In this document: positions 11,765 to 26,390 of the stretch, piece after piece | How the letters are laid out: every line of letters begins with the position of its first letter | Numbering within the stretch: position 1 is the first letter of the stretch | Assembly: GCA_964016885.1 (NCBI GenBank) | Contig: OZ024760.1 | Location: forward strand, 8,494,001-8,558,000 | Reading direction: 5' to 3' | DNA: 64,000 nt | Source: Eledone cirrhosa | Taxonomy: Eukaryota | The notes under the pieces: generated by a model | What the model was told of the DNA's origin: nothing | Database searches by the model: none | The model's input: only the letters and a program-made list of their open reading frames with translations | Position numbers and translations under genes: made by a program

Positions 11765-14090
11765 TACACTATACTACACTGCACCACATTACACCACACT
11801 ACACTACACGACACCATACTACACTACACCACACCACACTACACCGAACCACACTACACCACACTACACAATACTACACCACACTACACCACACCACACT
11901 ACACTACATCACACTACACCACACCACACTACACCACACCACACTACACCACACCACACTACACCACACCACACCACACTACATCACACTACACCACACC
12001 ACACCACACTACACCACACCACACTACACCACACCACACTACACCACACCACACTACACCACACCACACCACACTACACCACACCACACTACACCACACC
12101 ACACCACACTACATCACACTACACCACACCACACCACACTACACCACACCACACTACACCACACCACACCACACTACACCACACCACACTACACCACACC
12201 ACACTACACCACACCACACTACACCACACCACATTACACCACACTACACTACACGACACCATACTACACTACACCACACCACACCACACTACACCACACC
12301 ACACTACACTACATCACACTACACTACACCACACCACATTACACCACACTACACTACACCACACCACACCACACTACATCACACTACACCACACCACACC
12401 ACACTACACCACACCACACTACACCACACCACACTACACTACATCACACTACACCACACCACACTACACCACACCACACTACACCACACCACACTACACC
12501 ACACCACACCACACTACATCACACTACACCACACCACACCACACTACACCACACCACACTACACCACACCACACTACACAATACTACACCACACTATACC
12601 ACACCACACCACACTACATCAGACTACACCACACCACACTACATCAGACTACACCACACCACACTACACCACACCACACTACACCACACCACACTACACC
12701 ACACCACACTACACCACACCACACTACACCACACCACACTACACCACACCACACTACACCACACCACACTACACCACACCACACTACACCACACCACACT
12801 ACACCACACCACACTACACCACACCACACTACACCACACCACACTACACCACACCACACCACACTACATCACACTACACCACACCACACCACACTACACC
12901 ACACCACACTACACCACACCACACTACACCACACCACACCACACTACATCACACCACACCACACTACACCACACCACACCACACTACATCACACTACACC
13001 ACACCACACCACACTACACCACACCACACTACACCACACCACACTACACCACACCACACTACACCGAACCACACTACACCACACTACACAATACTACACC
13101 ACACTACACTACATCACACTACACCACACCACACCACACTACACCACACCACACTACACTACATCACACTACACCACACCACACCACACTACACCACACC
13201 ACACTACACCACACCACACTACACCACACCACACTACACCACACCACACCACACTACACCACACCACACTACACAATACTACACCACACTACACTACACC
13301 GCACCACATTACACCACACTACACTACACGACACCATACTACACTACACCACACCACACCACACTACACCACACCACACTACACCGAACCACACTACACC
13401 ACACCACACTACACCACAACACACCACACCACACTACACAATACTACACCACACTACACTACACCGCACCACATTACACCACACTACACTACACCACACC
13501 ATACTACACTACACCACACCACACCACACTACACCACACCACACTACACCGAACCACACTACACCACACTACATAATACTACACCACACTACACTACATC
13601 ACACTACACCACACCACACAACACTACACCACACCACACTACACCACACCACACTACACCACACCACACTACACCACACTATATCATACTACACTACACC
13701 ATACTACACTACACCACACCACACTACACTACATCATACTACACCGCACTACACCACACCATACTACACTACATCATACTACACCGCACTACACCACACC
13801 ATACTACACTACACCACACTTCACCACTACACTACACTTCCTCATTACACTACACCACACCACACTTACACCACACCAACACACATCACCACCACACCAC
13901 ACTACATTACACCTCCACATTACACTACACCACACCTCCACGCTACACCACACCATACCACAGTACACCACACCACACTTACACCACACCACCACACATC
14001 ACCACCACACCACACCACACCAACACATATCACCACCACACCACGCTACACTACACTACCCCACACCACACCACATTACACCACACCTAG
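11765..14090. repeat. (CACCA/CACTA)n pentanucleotide satellite
   Basis: Direct reading; source of the 600-800 aa HT-rich pseudo-ORFs. Confidence 0.95.
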
Positions 14091-14671
14091 ACACTACGAC
14101 TTCATACTCCATTTTCTGTTTACAAAATATGCAAGACTCACCTTACATTCACTCAACACAGGGGAGATAACTATTCATAACACACACACTATTGCCCTAA
14201 GAAAGGGGAGATAACAATCGTAAAAAGAAATCTAGAAAGCAGCGACTTTAATGGATTTTGAACATTGGCTCAGTTTTTATTTAAGAAGACGAAAGTTGCT
14301 GAGAAAATTGATGGAAAGGAAATGTAGAAGAAGAATAAGAAGAAGAAATGGAAGAGTAAGAAAATAAAGAAAGGACAACAACAAGAGTAGCAACATCAGG
14401 AACAGCGTGAAGGATAACATGTACGAAAAAGAATGATATATATATATATATATATTTTTTCTTTTTCTTTTTTTTTCTTTTTCTTTTTTTTCTTTTTCTT
14501 TTTTTCTCTCTCTCCGTCTTTTTTCTTTCTCTCCGTCTTTTTCTAATTGTCCTTAACACTAAGACTTATTAAAATAATATAAACAATTCACTATCCAGAT
14601 GGCTTCCAAAAATAATGGTTGTATTTTAAAAGGGTACGTCAAAGCTTATTTGTAAAACTGTCATATATTGT

Positions 14672-14734
14672 ATTTTGTCTGATGAAGGCATACCATAATT
14701 TAATTTGGTATCTCTGAAATATGTATAATGAAAT
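14672..14734 (+). ncRNA. Type I hammerhead ribozyme, family B copy
   Basis: Homologous to 5250-5312. Confidence 0.55.
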
Positions 14735-14781
14735 AAATATGGTTTTATAAATATAGTTTCCATTTATTTATATCGTATATC

Positions 14782-14844
<63 letters not shown>

Positions 14845-15045
14845 TATGTACACGTACATACATATATGTATACAGACGTACAGTAGTATGTATATATATA
14901 TACATACATGCACACATATATATATGTACGTATGGATTCACCGAACATTTATTATAATGCTCGGTGTGTTTGTAAACAAACATCCCGTATTAAGCCGTAG
15001 TGTCCAGCAACCATCGTTGCTCGTTTGTTCAACACTGACAAAGGA

Positions 15046-15088
15046 ACGCTGTACTAGTTTCAAGCTTATTAGCTATCGTCAGCAACGT
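15046..15088 (-). ncRNA. Minimal type I hammerhead ribozyme, family C copy
   Basis: Same motif as 5662-5704; element ~14842-15420 carries an inverted partial duplicate (~15211-15362). Confidence 0.8.
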
Positions 15089-15431
15089 ATACCTTCCTGC
15101 CAGATTGTTGAACGTATATACTTACCTTATGCATATTAACGGCTGAGTAGCCCAATTTGCACATCGAGTGGGTTAATCGGCCGGGTGGACGGAAAACGAT
15201 AAATGGAAAAAATACGGGATGTTTGTTTACAAACACACCGAGCATTATAATAAATGTTCGGTGAATCCATACGTACATATATATATGTGTGCATGTATGT
15301 ATATATATATACATACTACTGTACGTCTGTATACATATATGTATGTACGTGTACATACTTATATTTAAGTAACAGCCGTACTAAGAGTGGGAAATGAAAT
15401 TTCGTTTCATTTTTTCCGTTTATATATATAC

Positions 15432-15539
<108 letters not shown>

Positions 15540-15578
15540 ATGAAAGTATAGAAATTATTGTGAGCGTGAAGCCAACAG

Positions 15579-15609
<31 letters not shown>

Positions 15610-15934
15610 CATTCATACGTACGAACGCACATACATACACAAGCACACACATGTAAGCATATATATAAGCCTGCACACACACACTAACAAACACACAAAC
15701 ACACAAACACACACACGTATATTTATATATACAGGCACATACACTAAAAAAACACACATATATACACATAGACACATATATACATATACATATAGATACA
15801 CACGCACATATATATATACATATAGACACATATACATATAGACACACATATAGAATATAGAACAAAGACAAATGAGAATTTGACCTAGAAAGTGAAAGCG
15901 AAAGTAGACGGTATTTTCATATCTAGGGCGTCGC

Positions 15935-17600
15935 ATCCACCTCCTCCTCCACCATACCACCACCACCACCACCACCACCTCCTCCACCATAGCACCACCA
16001 CCACCTCCTCCTCCACCATACCACCACCACCACCACCACCTCCACCATAGCACCACCACCACCTCCTCCTCTACCATACCACCACCACCACCACTACCAC
16101 CACCACAACCACCACCACCACCACCACCACCTCCTCCTCCACCATAACACCACCACCTCCTCCTCTACCATAGCACCACCACCACCACAACCTCCTCCAC
16201 CATACCACCACCACCACCACCACCACCACCACCATACCACCACCACCACCACCACCACCATAGCACCACCACCACCTCCTCCACCATAGCACAACCACCA
16301 CCACCACCACCACAACCACCTCCTCCACCATAGCACCACCACCACCTCCACCACCATAGCACCACCGCCACCACCACCACTACCACCGCAACCACCACCA
16401 CCACCTCCTCTACCATAACACCACCACCTCCTCCTCTACCATACCACCACCACCACCTCCTCCACCATAGCACAACCACCACCACTACCACCACAACCAC
16501 CACCACCACCTCCTCTACCATACCACCACCACCACCACCACCACTTCTTCCACCATACCACCACCACCATCACCTCCTGCACCAACACCTCCCCTTCCAC
16601 CATATCACCACCTCCTCCACCATAGCACCAACACCACCACCACCACCACCTCCTCCACCATAGCACCAACACCACCACCACCACCACCACCACCTCCACC
16701 ATAGCACCACCAACAACAACAACAACTCATGCTGCTGCTGTTACTAAACAATGACGATGACGATATTTATAGAAACTTTATGGATCATTATGGTGGAGGT
16801 GATGGTGGTGGTGGTGGTGGTGATGGTGGAGGTGGTGGTGTGTGGTGGTGGTGGTGGTGATGGTGGTGGTGTGTGGTGGTGGTGGTGTGGTGGTGGTGGT
16901 GGTGATGGTGTGTGGTGGTGGAGGTGATGGTGGTGGTGATGGTGGTGGTGTGTGGTGTGTGGTGGTGGTGTGTGGTGGTGATGGTGTGTGGTGGTGGTGG
17001 TGATGGTGGTGGAGGTGGTGTGTGGTGGTGGTGGAGGTGGTGGTGGTGTTGGTGGTGGAGGTGTGGTGGTGGTGGTGGTGGTGGTGGTGGTGATGGTGGT
17101 GATGTGTGGTGGTGGTGGTGTTGGTGGTGGTGGTGGTGGAGGTGGTGTGTGGTGGTGGTGTTGGTGGTGGTGGTGGTGGAGGTGGTGTGTGGTGGAGGTG
17201 CTGTGTGGTGGTGGTGATGGTGTGTGGTGGTGGTGGTGATGGTGGTGGAGGTGTGGTGGTGGTGGTGGTGGTGGTGATGGTGGTGGTGTGTGGTGGTGGT
17301 GGTGTTGGTGGTGGTGTTGGTGGTGGCGGTGTGTGGTGGAGGTGGTGTGTGGTGGTGGTGGTGTTGGTGGTGGTGGTGGTGGAGGTGGTGTGTGGTGGTG
17401 GTGGTGTTGGTGGTGGCGGTGTGTGGTGGAGGTGGTGTGTGGTGGTGGAGGTGGTGTGTGGTGGTGGTGATGGAGGTGGTGTGTGGTGTTGGAGGTGATG
17501 GTGCTGTGTGTGGTGGTGTGTAGTGGGTGTGAGGTGGGGTGGGGGGATGGTGGGGGTTAAGGAGGCGATGGTGGTGGTGGCGGTAATGGTGATGGTGGGG
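15935..17600. repeat. (CCA)n tract (15935-16720) followed by (GGT)n tract (16790-17600)
   Basis: Direct reading. Confidence 0.9.
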
Positions 17601-17694
17601 ATGGGCAAATTACGTTACTGGAAGTGCATTGATCGATTATCGAAGTAAACTGTCATGCAATGTAAACACATACACACACACATATATGCACACA

Positions 17695-17744
<50 letters not shown>

Positions 17745-17763
17745 CATATATACACATTCACAT

Positions 17764-17806
<43 letters not shown>

Positions 17807-17849
17807 TACACATACAAATATACACATACATATTCACACATATATACCT

Positions 17850-17905
<56 letters not shown>

Positions 17906-18029
17906 GTAGGCACATACATACACATACACACGCATATACACATACACACGCACACATATACACAAACAGAAATGTACACACAGATATACACACATACACT
18001 AACACACTGATGTCCATTCTGGCCCCCCT

Positions 18030-18650
18030 TTCCATTACCTCCCACTACCACCACCTCCCACTACCACTATCACCCCTACCTCCTACTATCACCCCTACCT
18101 CCCACTATCACCACTACCTCCCACTATCACCCCTACCTCCCACTATCACCCCTACCTCCCACTATCACCCCTACCTCCCACCATCACCACTACCTCCCAC
18201 TATCACCCCTACCTCCCACTATCACCCCTACCTCCCACTATCACCCCTACCTCCCACTATCACCCCTACCTCCCACTATCACCCCTACCTCCCACTATCA
18301 CCCCTACCTCCCACCATCACCACTACCTCCCACTATCACCAGTACCTCCCACTATCACCCCTACCTCCCACTATCACCCCTACCTCCCACCATCACCACT
18401 ACCTCCCACCATCACCACTACCTCCCACTCTAACCCCTACCTCCCACTGTAACCCCTACCTCCACTATCACCAGTACCTCCCACTATCACCACTACCTCC
18501 CACTATCACCAGTACCTCCCACTATCACCAGTACCTCCCACTATCACCATTACCCCCCCCCACTGTAACCCCTATCTCCCACTATCACCACTACCCCCCA
18601 CTGTAACCTCTACCTCCCACTATCACCAGTACCTCCTACTATCACTCCCA
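18030..18650. repeat. 19-bp minisatellite (CCACTATCACCCCTACCTC)
   Basis: Period 19 read directly. Confidence 0.9.
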
Positions 18651-18775
18651 ATATAGAATTATGACTTGCTAGCAAGAAACTGGGTCATTTCCCGCTCAAA
18701 GTTCTTTAATATTATTTTATTCCCCACCCCTCTCTCTTTATTTCTCTTCCTCTCTCACTCTCCCTCCCTAGGCTC

Positions 18776-18864
<89 letters not shown>

Positions 18865-19099
18865 CATACACACACACATGCACACACACATACCCCCCCC
18901 CCCCACACACATACCCCCCCCCCCCCCCCACACACACATGCATACATGATGGCGGCCACTCGATTTCGAATAATGCCATCGCTTCATACTTAAACACGAG
19001 CAAGCACTGACGTGGCTTTTTAGTCCCGATATGGACTTGCCTATGGCCAGCCAGCAATATCATGCATCGCAAACAAAAAAAAAAGTTTCCCGAAGAATG

Positions 19100-19890
19100 C
19101 CGTCGCTTTTAGCCATCTCTAATCTTCTCTAGAACGCCAAGGTGGAGTTTCCACCGCTCGTAGTTACCGATTGGCTGGTGGCTGTGAGTATTTGAAGATA
19201 TTCTAGCCTCCAATGTTATCCCTAGGTTTTCGCTTGACCCGGGACTGCAGTTTCGTCAAATAGACGAGTTGGGGGAACACGTGCCTAAGGAATGGCGACC
19301 ATACCTGTTCACCGTTCCGGAAAGCTGGAGATGTCGTAGCCTTAGGGACATGTCTGTGCATCATCAGCCATAGCATACCCAACCCTTCACGTAACGGATG
19401 TTTACATCTGAGGGACCGCCTGACGAATGGAACCTGACCCTTCCACAAAAAGAGTAGACGTTCCAGTGCAGCCAGACGTGGGCTAGAACCAGACACGACG
19501 GTCAGGCGGTAGTAGATGACGGACGCGATGAACGCGTTCGCCATCTCTGCGCTATTTTTCAAGGATAGCTTCCTCTATGGCTAGCCCATTTCTGGGTGAG
19601 AGAGGCCACATTGCCCGTTACCTCGTTCCAGTTTTTGTCCATCTGGAGGTTTGGTCCAAACCAGACCCCCCCGAGCAATTTAACAGGTCCGTCCGTCCAG
19701 CACTCGACGACGCTGTTTGACTGTATGGACATGCCTCTCCAGGTGCTGAGCCTCAGGCCCGCCGACAATTTCCTGGTTAATTTTTGCACCTGTTACAGCT
19801 TCGTACTCCTTGAGAGCAGCGCCAATCATCTCAATGTGTTTGATATTCGGCACCATTATGGTGATGTCGTCGGCATAAGCTGACACGGAT
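19100..19890 (-). mobile_element. L1/Tx1-like LINE reverse transcriptase fragment (frameshifted)
   Basis: VSAYADDIT...YEAVTGAKIN..., VKLLG.WFG, LS.K....AN..IASVIYYRL, FLWKG, HPLREGLG motifs across three frames. Confidence 0.9.
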
Positions 19891-20447
19891 CTCTTACAAT
19901 TTGTATATAAGCGAAGTTAGTGGTTGTTATGAAAGAGGATGATAAATACGACAAATGCAATAGTTTTAGTTAGATATATAACTTTACTTCACTTCAGTTA
20001 AAAAGGAAAAAGAATATGATTACTTTGTCCTTTGTGTTTTGCTAGGGAATCTTTGTTAAATATTCTATGCTCAATTAGAAGGTGACAAGTTGTATTCAGT
20101 CAGTATTATCAGCTTAGGTAGTAGTAAGTTCGCAGTGAAGGGAAGCTGTGTTGTCTATATCAAGAGGTAGATGATTCTCTGTGTGTGGTTGAAGTGCCGA
20201 TGGAAGAATTGCTGTCGAGCTCTTGTCGATAGCGTCATAACGTTTTGCTAAGCGCTACATCTCGCCACTTTACATGAGCAGGTCGAAGTGGTGCTTCTCT
20301 TCAGAACCAGAGTCGAATCAGACAAAGCAAAACTTATCTCACTTCACCATAAGCTCGCCAGCCTCTCCAGACCACTGACGCCAACAGAGATAAAGAGAAA
20401 TAGCAGCCAGTTGTCATTCGGGGGTCAGCATATGCGAAGAGATATCG

Positions 20448-20529
<82 letters not shown>

Positions 20530-20880
20530 ACACACACAGTAAAAGAATGAAGAATAAGATGGTGGTCGGCTGTACAATAGGGTTTATTTACAGTATTAAC
20601 AATTGTTTCTTTAATCAGGAGAGTCTAAAAGCCGCTGATTGTTAGAAGTTACGTCACTCTAGTTGGATTATCTTAAACGATACCCTGTTATCATATATAT
20701 ATATATATATATATATATGATAACAGGGTATATATATATATATATCCAGGGAGTGTAACATGAAGTTACTGTAGGTTCACCCAGGTGAGCACTCGATGCC
20801 AGTGGTGAGGTGTAGCGCTAGATAGAGTGTAATATAATAAAACAAGGACAATTTGTTAATCCTTCATTACGTTTATTGAT

Positions 20881-20958
20881 TGGTGACGCGCGTTTCGCTA
20901 TTGATCAGCTCAAAGTTTGATCTGGCCCAATTCTGGAATGAAAAGCTCGTCGGACCCC
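20881..20958 (-). ncRNA. Type I hammerhead ribozyme, family G relative
   Basis: GGGGT CCGACGA GCT..AGC GAAAC GCGC GTC ACC; stem II covaries with the 11598 copy. Confidence 0.6.
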
Positions 20959-21035
20959 TACTGTTGTAATGACAGAATGAACATGTATAGCATATAAATG
21001 TCTGAGACATTTGTTATATCTTGTTATATATATAT

Positions 21036-21170
21036 AGTTACGTCCCTTTACGATCTGAGTTCAAATCCCGCCGAGGTTAACTTTGCCTTTCATCCTTACG
21101 GGGTCGATAAAATAAAGTACCAGTGGTGTACTGGGTAGTTGGTGGCCTTGTGCCAAAGGTAGAAACAGTT
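21036..21170 (+). mobile_element. tRNA-SINE, 5'-truncated
   Basis: Family core present. Confidence 0.85.
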
Positions 21171-21225
21171 ATATATATATAACAAGAAGTCAACAGGTTA
21201 AAATTAACTCCGTTTAATCATATTC

Positions 21226-21284
21226 ACTGTTATATATATTTCGTTGATAGCCATTATACAACAGCTATGACCTCATCAAACAGC
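21226..21284 (-). ncRNA. Type I hammerhead fold, family H
   Basis: GCTGT TTGATGA G..ATAGCTGTT-GTAT-AATGGCTAT..C GAAA TATATA TA ACAGT. Confidence 0.55.
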
Positions 21285-21487
21285 TAGAACTTGAATAGAA
21301 AAAGCAGAAAAACATAATGATGGAATAAAGTTTACTTTTCGATTTTTGATATGCTCCGTGCTGAAGTATGGTGTTGTTTCCTTAAAGCACTGGTCGCATA
21401 CACATATATAACAAAGAAAGTGTGGTAAGGAACCAGGTGGACCATAACGCACCAGAGTACTCAATACTTAGGGTAGTAGAGTGGGTA

Positions 21488-21762
<275 letters not shown>

Positions 21763-22029
21763 ATAGATGTATACGTCAACTGTGGCTACACGCAGTAGGA
21801 TCAACCATGGAAACGAGGTGGCGGCCAATCAGAGCTCTTTGCCATACAACCACCAGATAACGGTTACCAATTTCCGGTGTACACTAATAGTTCCCGGATG
21901 TAGAAATATTCACCTGCCACCAAAAATATATCTACCAATAACTTCATTGTTATCGATAAGATCTATTTTATTGATTCTTTCAATTTCTAAATTTCATGAA
22001 CTTTCACTTATCAACGGTTAAACAAATAT

Positions 22030-24180
22030 TGAGGTTGTTGTTGTTATTGTTGTTGTTGTTGTTGTTGTTGTTATTGGTGTTGTTGTTATTGTTATTGTTG
22101 TTATTGTTGTCGTTGTGGTTGTTGTGGTTGTTGTTGTTATTGGTGTTGTTGTTGTTGTTATTGTTATTGTTGTCGTTGTCGTTGTTGTGGTTGTTGTTGT
22201 TATTGGTGTTGTTGCTGTTGTTGTTGTTATTGTTGTTGTTGTTATTGTTGTTGTTGTGGTTGTTGTTGTTATTGGTGTTGTTGCTGTTGTTGTTGTTATT
22301 GTTGTTGTTGTTATTGTTGTTGTTGTGGTTGTTGTTGTTATTGGTGTTGTTGTGGTTGTTGTTATTGGTGTTGTTGCTGCTGTTGTTGTTGTTATTGGTG
22401 TTGTTCCTGTTGTTGTTGTTATTGTAGTTATTGTTGTTGTTATGGCTGTTGTTGTTGTTGTTGTTATTATTAGTTTTGTTGTTGTTGTTATTATTGTTGT
22501 TGTTGTTGGTGTAGTTGTTGTTACTGTTATTCTTGTTGTTGTTACTGTGGTTGTTGTTGTTGCTGTTGTTGATTTGATGTTGTTAAAGATGCCAATATAT
22601 ACACAAGTTGGTGTAGATATAGGTCTTACTTCTACACCACCACCACTACTACTACTACCACTACCACAATCACTCCTACTCCTACGACAACCACGACAAC
22701 CACCACCATCACTACTACTCCTACCACAACCACCACCACCACCACCACTACTCCTACCACAACCACTACCACCATCACCACCACTATTATCCCCACCACC
22801 ACCACCACTACAACCACCACCACCACTACTACTCCTACCACAACCACACATACATATACACACACTGACACACGTACATATACATTCATTGACACACACA
22901 TACATATACACGCTGACACACACACACATACACACTGACACACTAACACACACTGAAACAATTACACTACACACACTGACACACACATACATTATATACA
23001 CACTGACATGCACACACGCATACATATACACGCTGACACACACATACACACTAACACAGACATGCCACACACTGAGACAATTACACTACACACACTGACA
23101 CACACATACATACACACACATACATATACACGCTGACACACACACACATATACCTACTGACACACTAACACACACATGCCACACACTGAGACAATTACAC
23201 TACACACACTGACACACACATACATACACACACACATACATATACACGCTGACACACACACATATACATACTGACACACTAACACACACAGAGACAATTA
23301 CACTGCACACACTGACACACACATACATACACACACACATACATATACACACATACACACTAACACACACACCACACACTGAGACAATTACACTACACAC
23401 ACTGACACACACACACATACACACTAACACACACACCACACACTGAGACAATTACACTACACACACTGACACACACATACATACACACACACATACATAT
23501 ACACACATACACACTAACACACACACCACACACTGAGACAATTACACTACACACACTGACACACACATACATACACACACACATACATATACACACATAC
23601 ACACTAACACACACACCACACACTGAGACAATTACACTACACACACTGACACACACATACATATACACACATACACACTAACACACACACCACACACTGA
23701 GACAATTACACTACACACACTGACACACACATACATACACACACACATACATATACACACATACACACTAACACACACACCACACACTGAGACAATTACA
23801 CTACACACACTGACACACACATACATATACACACACATACATATACACACATACACACTAACACACACACCACACACTGAGACAATTACACTACACACAC
23901 TGACACACACATACATACACACACACATACATATACACACATACACACTAACACACACACCACACACTGAGACAATTACACTACACACACTGACACACAC
24001 ATACATACACACACACATACATATACACACATACACACTAACACACACACCACACACTGAGACAATTACACTACACACACTGACACACACATACATACAC
24101 ACACACATACATATACACACTAACACACACACCACACACTGAGACAATTACACTACACACACATACACACACACACACAC
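22030..24180. repeat. Compound simple repeats: (GTT)n, (CCA/CTA)n and a 90-bp CA-rich higher-order unit
   Basis: GACAATTACA recurs at 23701, 23791, 23881, 23971, 24061. Confidence 0.9.
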
Positions 24181-24337
24181 TGACATACAGACAAAGTTTT
24201 CCATCTAAGATGTTTACAAAGCTAGCCTCCTCACAGTTTTTAATTAGTACAGCGTTCTTAAGACATTCCGACTTCGCCATTGTACAACATATCTAGGTCA
24301 ATATTCCCCCCCTTTTTCTCTCTTTATCCCCCCTCTC

Positions 24338-24393
<56 letters not shown>

Positions 24394-24921
24394 AATATAT
24401 ATATATATATATATACTTATCGAGATTCCCTATAATACACTTAAACTTGTTCATATAAGATTCTCTCTGTAACTTCATTAAATAAATCTAGCAATACAAA
24501 CCTTTAATTTTCTATTAATTTTCTATTAATTTTCTAATAATTTAATTTCATCCTATAACTCTTAACATAAGTTAACGTTCCAATTTTCTGTTCACACATT
24601 AGACCATACAGACACCCATATATATGCCTTTGTTAAAATATGGGTTCTTTGGAATAACATTTTCCGCGGCGTCCTCTAGCATGACTGTAGTGTGACCCTT
24701 ACGCTGACTTTTCTTCTTTCTTTCTATCTTTTTTTATTCTCTGACGGAGAGGTGGTAGTACATTATAAGCCTTCGCCCCCTCACCAGATGGTCATTAGCA
24801 GATCGAGTTGCCATCTCTTGAGGGCGACTGACCGAGGTGAAAACAGCTAGTTGGTCAGTCGTCCTCTCTGTCTCTGATTTTCGGACCCATGGATTTTATA
24901 TAATCCTTTGTTATATTTCGA

Positions 24922-24979
24922 ATACCTGATGATATCACCGGATTCATACGGAACCCGGTCATTGAAATGATCATAGTAT
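24922..24979 (+). ncRNA. Type I hammerhead ribozyme, family I
   Basis: ATAC CTGATGA ..ACCGG..CCGGT.. GAAA TGATCA TA GTAT, immediately followed by AATAAA; palindromic stem III ATGATCAT. Confidence 0.75.
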
Positions 24980-25974
24980 AATAAACTTTTCAAGGATTTA
25001 CACCAGTCCAGCCTCCTGTTATTTTATTTGTAATATATATATATATATATATATGTGTGTATGTGCGCGTGTATGTGTGTGTGTGCATGTATGTGATTGT
25101 ATGTGTGCATATATGTGTATGTATGTGTGAGTTTTTGACATATACACATCCGTATTCCTTATATATACACTCACACATATACACACAAACATACCGACAC
25201 ACACACATACACATGCACTCATACACACACACACACACACACACTCTCTCTCTCTCTATATATATATCAAATATGAGATTGTGCATAGAACAATGGAAAA
25301 AAAAGACAGAAGTCAGATGCAGGTAGTTCATTGTTTTATGATCGTTTCAGGGGGTCGATTGATCGTTAGGGATCAATGTATCGACTAGCATGGTAGTGGT
25401 TACGCTACTACCTATTTCTGGTCACTAAATCCCTGTTCAAACTAAAACTAAAAATGTTAGTGTTTCTGAAGAAGACGGCCAACTGAAAAGGGATTTCGTG
25501 ACTAGAAATAGGCAGTAGCTTAACCATTCAGAAAATCCAAAATTATTTGACTTAGAAATTAGTTAGTAATTCAAAGAAATATATTCCGTGATATTAGTTA
25601 GTCAAGTCTATACCATTTACTTTGAATGTATTTCGTTTTGTGCAGACAGTAGCTAAAGCAGTCAAGGTGTGTATTTTAGCCTCTGTCTACATGAAACGAA
25701 ATACATTCTGAGTAAATGAGTTAACTCATAAATTTCCCTTCTCTTGATATTAGTTCTGGAAGAGTTACCTCCCTTGAACCTATCTAATATTTTTGGTTAT
25801 TTATGGCTATTTATAACTATTTTCGAAATTACCTACCTTTGTGTAGAGCATCCAAAGTTAATTCAGTGGGTTTGATCCAATCACTGTATTGTTATGCTTT
25901 TCGCAGAACATATATACAAAAATATAAACAAAAACAACCAAGACTGTTAATTATATATTTAATTGACCAACAAA

Positions 25975-26390
25975 TGTTTTGTCAGTAAGAACGTGCAATA
26001 CCTTCCTGTAAACCAGCTCCTCAAAGTCTAGAAACAAATTTAATTAATAAAAACACATACAACTACATAGGTGCTTCTATTTGCTTCAAGGCGAGATTCT
26101 ACTTGCATATCCATTCTTTTAAGAATGAGAAACTAAAAAAGGCTACTTTTCTAGCCAAATTGATCTGGAACCTAAATAGTAAAAATATACAATACATCCT
26201 TAAATGGGCTTTAGGTAACTTCGGGAGACCTTATTGTGTTGGAAGAGACAATTGTGATCTTTGTTTGACAGAGGTATTGGGAATAGTCACATCGAAGATC
26301 GCCTTGATAAACTCTAATAATGAAATTATTCCATCTTACAATCATAAAATTTTTCAGTCCTTCCATTACATGGCATTCCATCTGAGTTAA
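25975..26390 (+). mobile_element. Decayed Penelope-like element GIY-YIG endonuclease
   Basis: C..SKNVQY (frameshift) ..YNYIGAS..FKARFYLHIHSFKNEK...TFLAKLIWNL...Y.LKW......PY......CDLCLTE...LINSNNEII...NH matches the PLE endonuclease pattern. Confidence 0.8.

Noticed and set aside
11754-14214. 600-800 aa His/Thr-rich ORFs
   Set aside because: Translations of a CACCA/CACTA pentamer satellite open in all three frames; no coding signal.
20585-20670. GAAACAATTGTT palindromic stem III on the minus strand
   Set aside because: No CTGANGA core found; truncated.
24293-24478. MKLQRESYMNKFK as a possible GIY-YIG C-terminus
   Set aside because: Too short and low-complexity to support.
25460-25505. CTGAAGA..GAAA hammerhead-like motif
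   Set aside because: Stems I and III do not pair convincingly.
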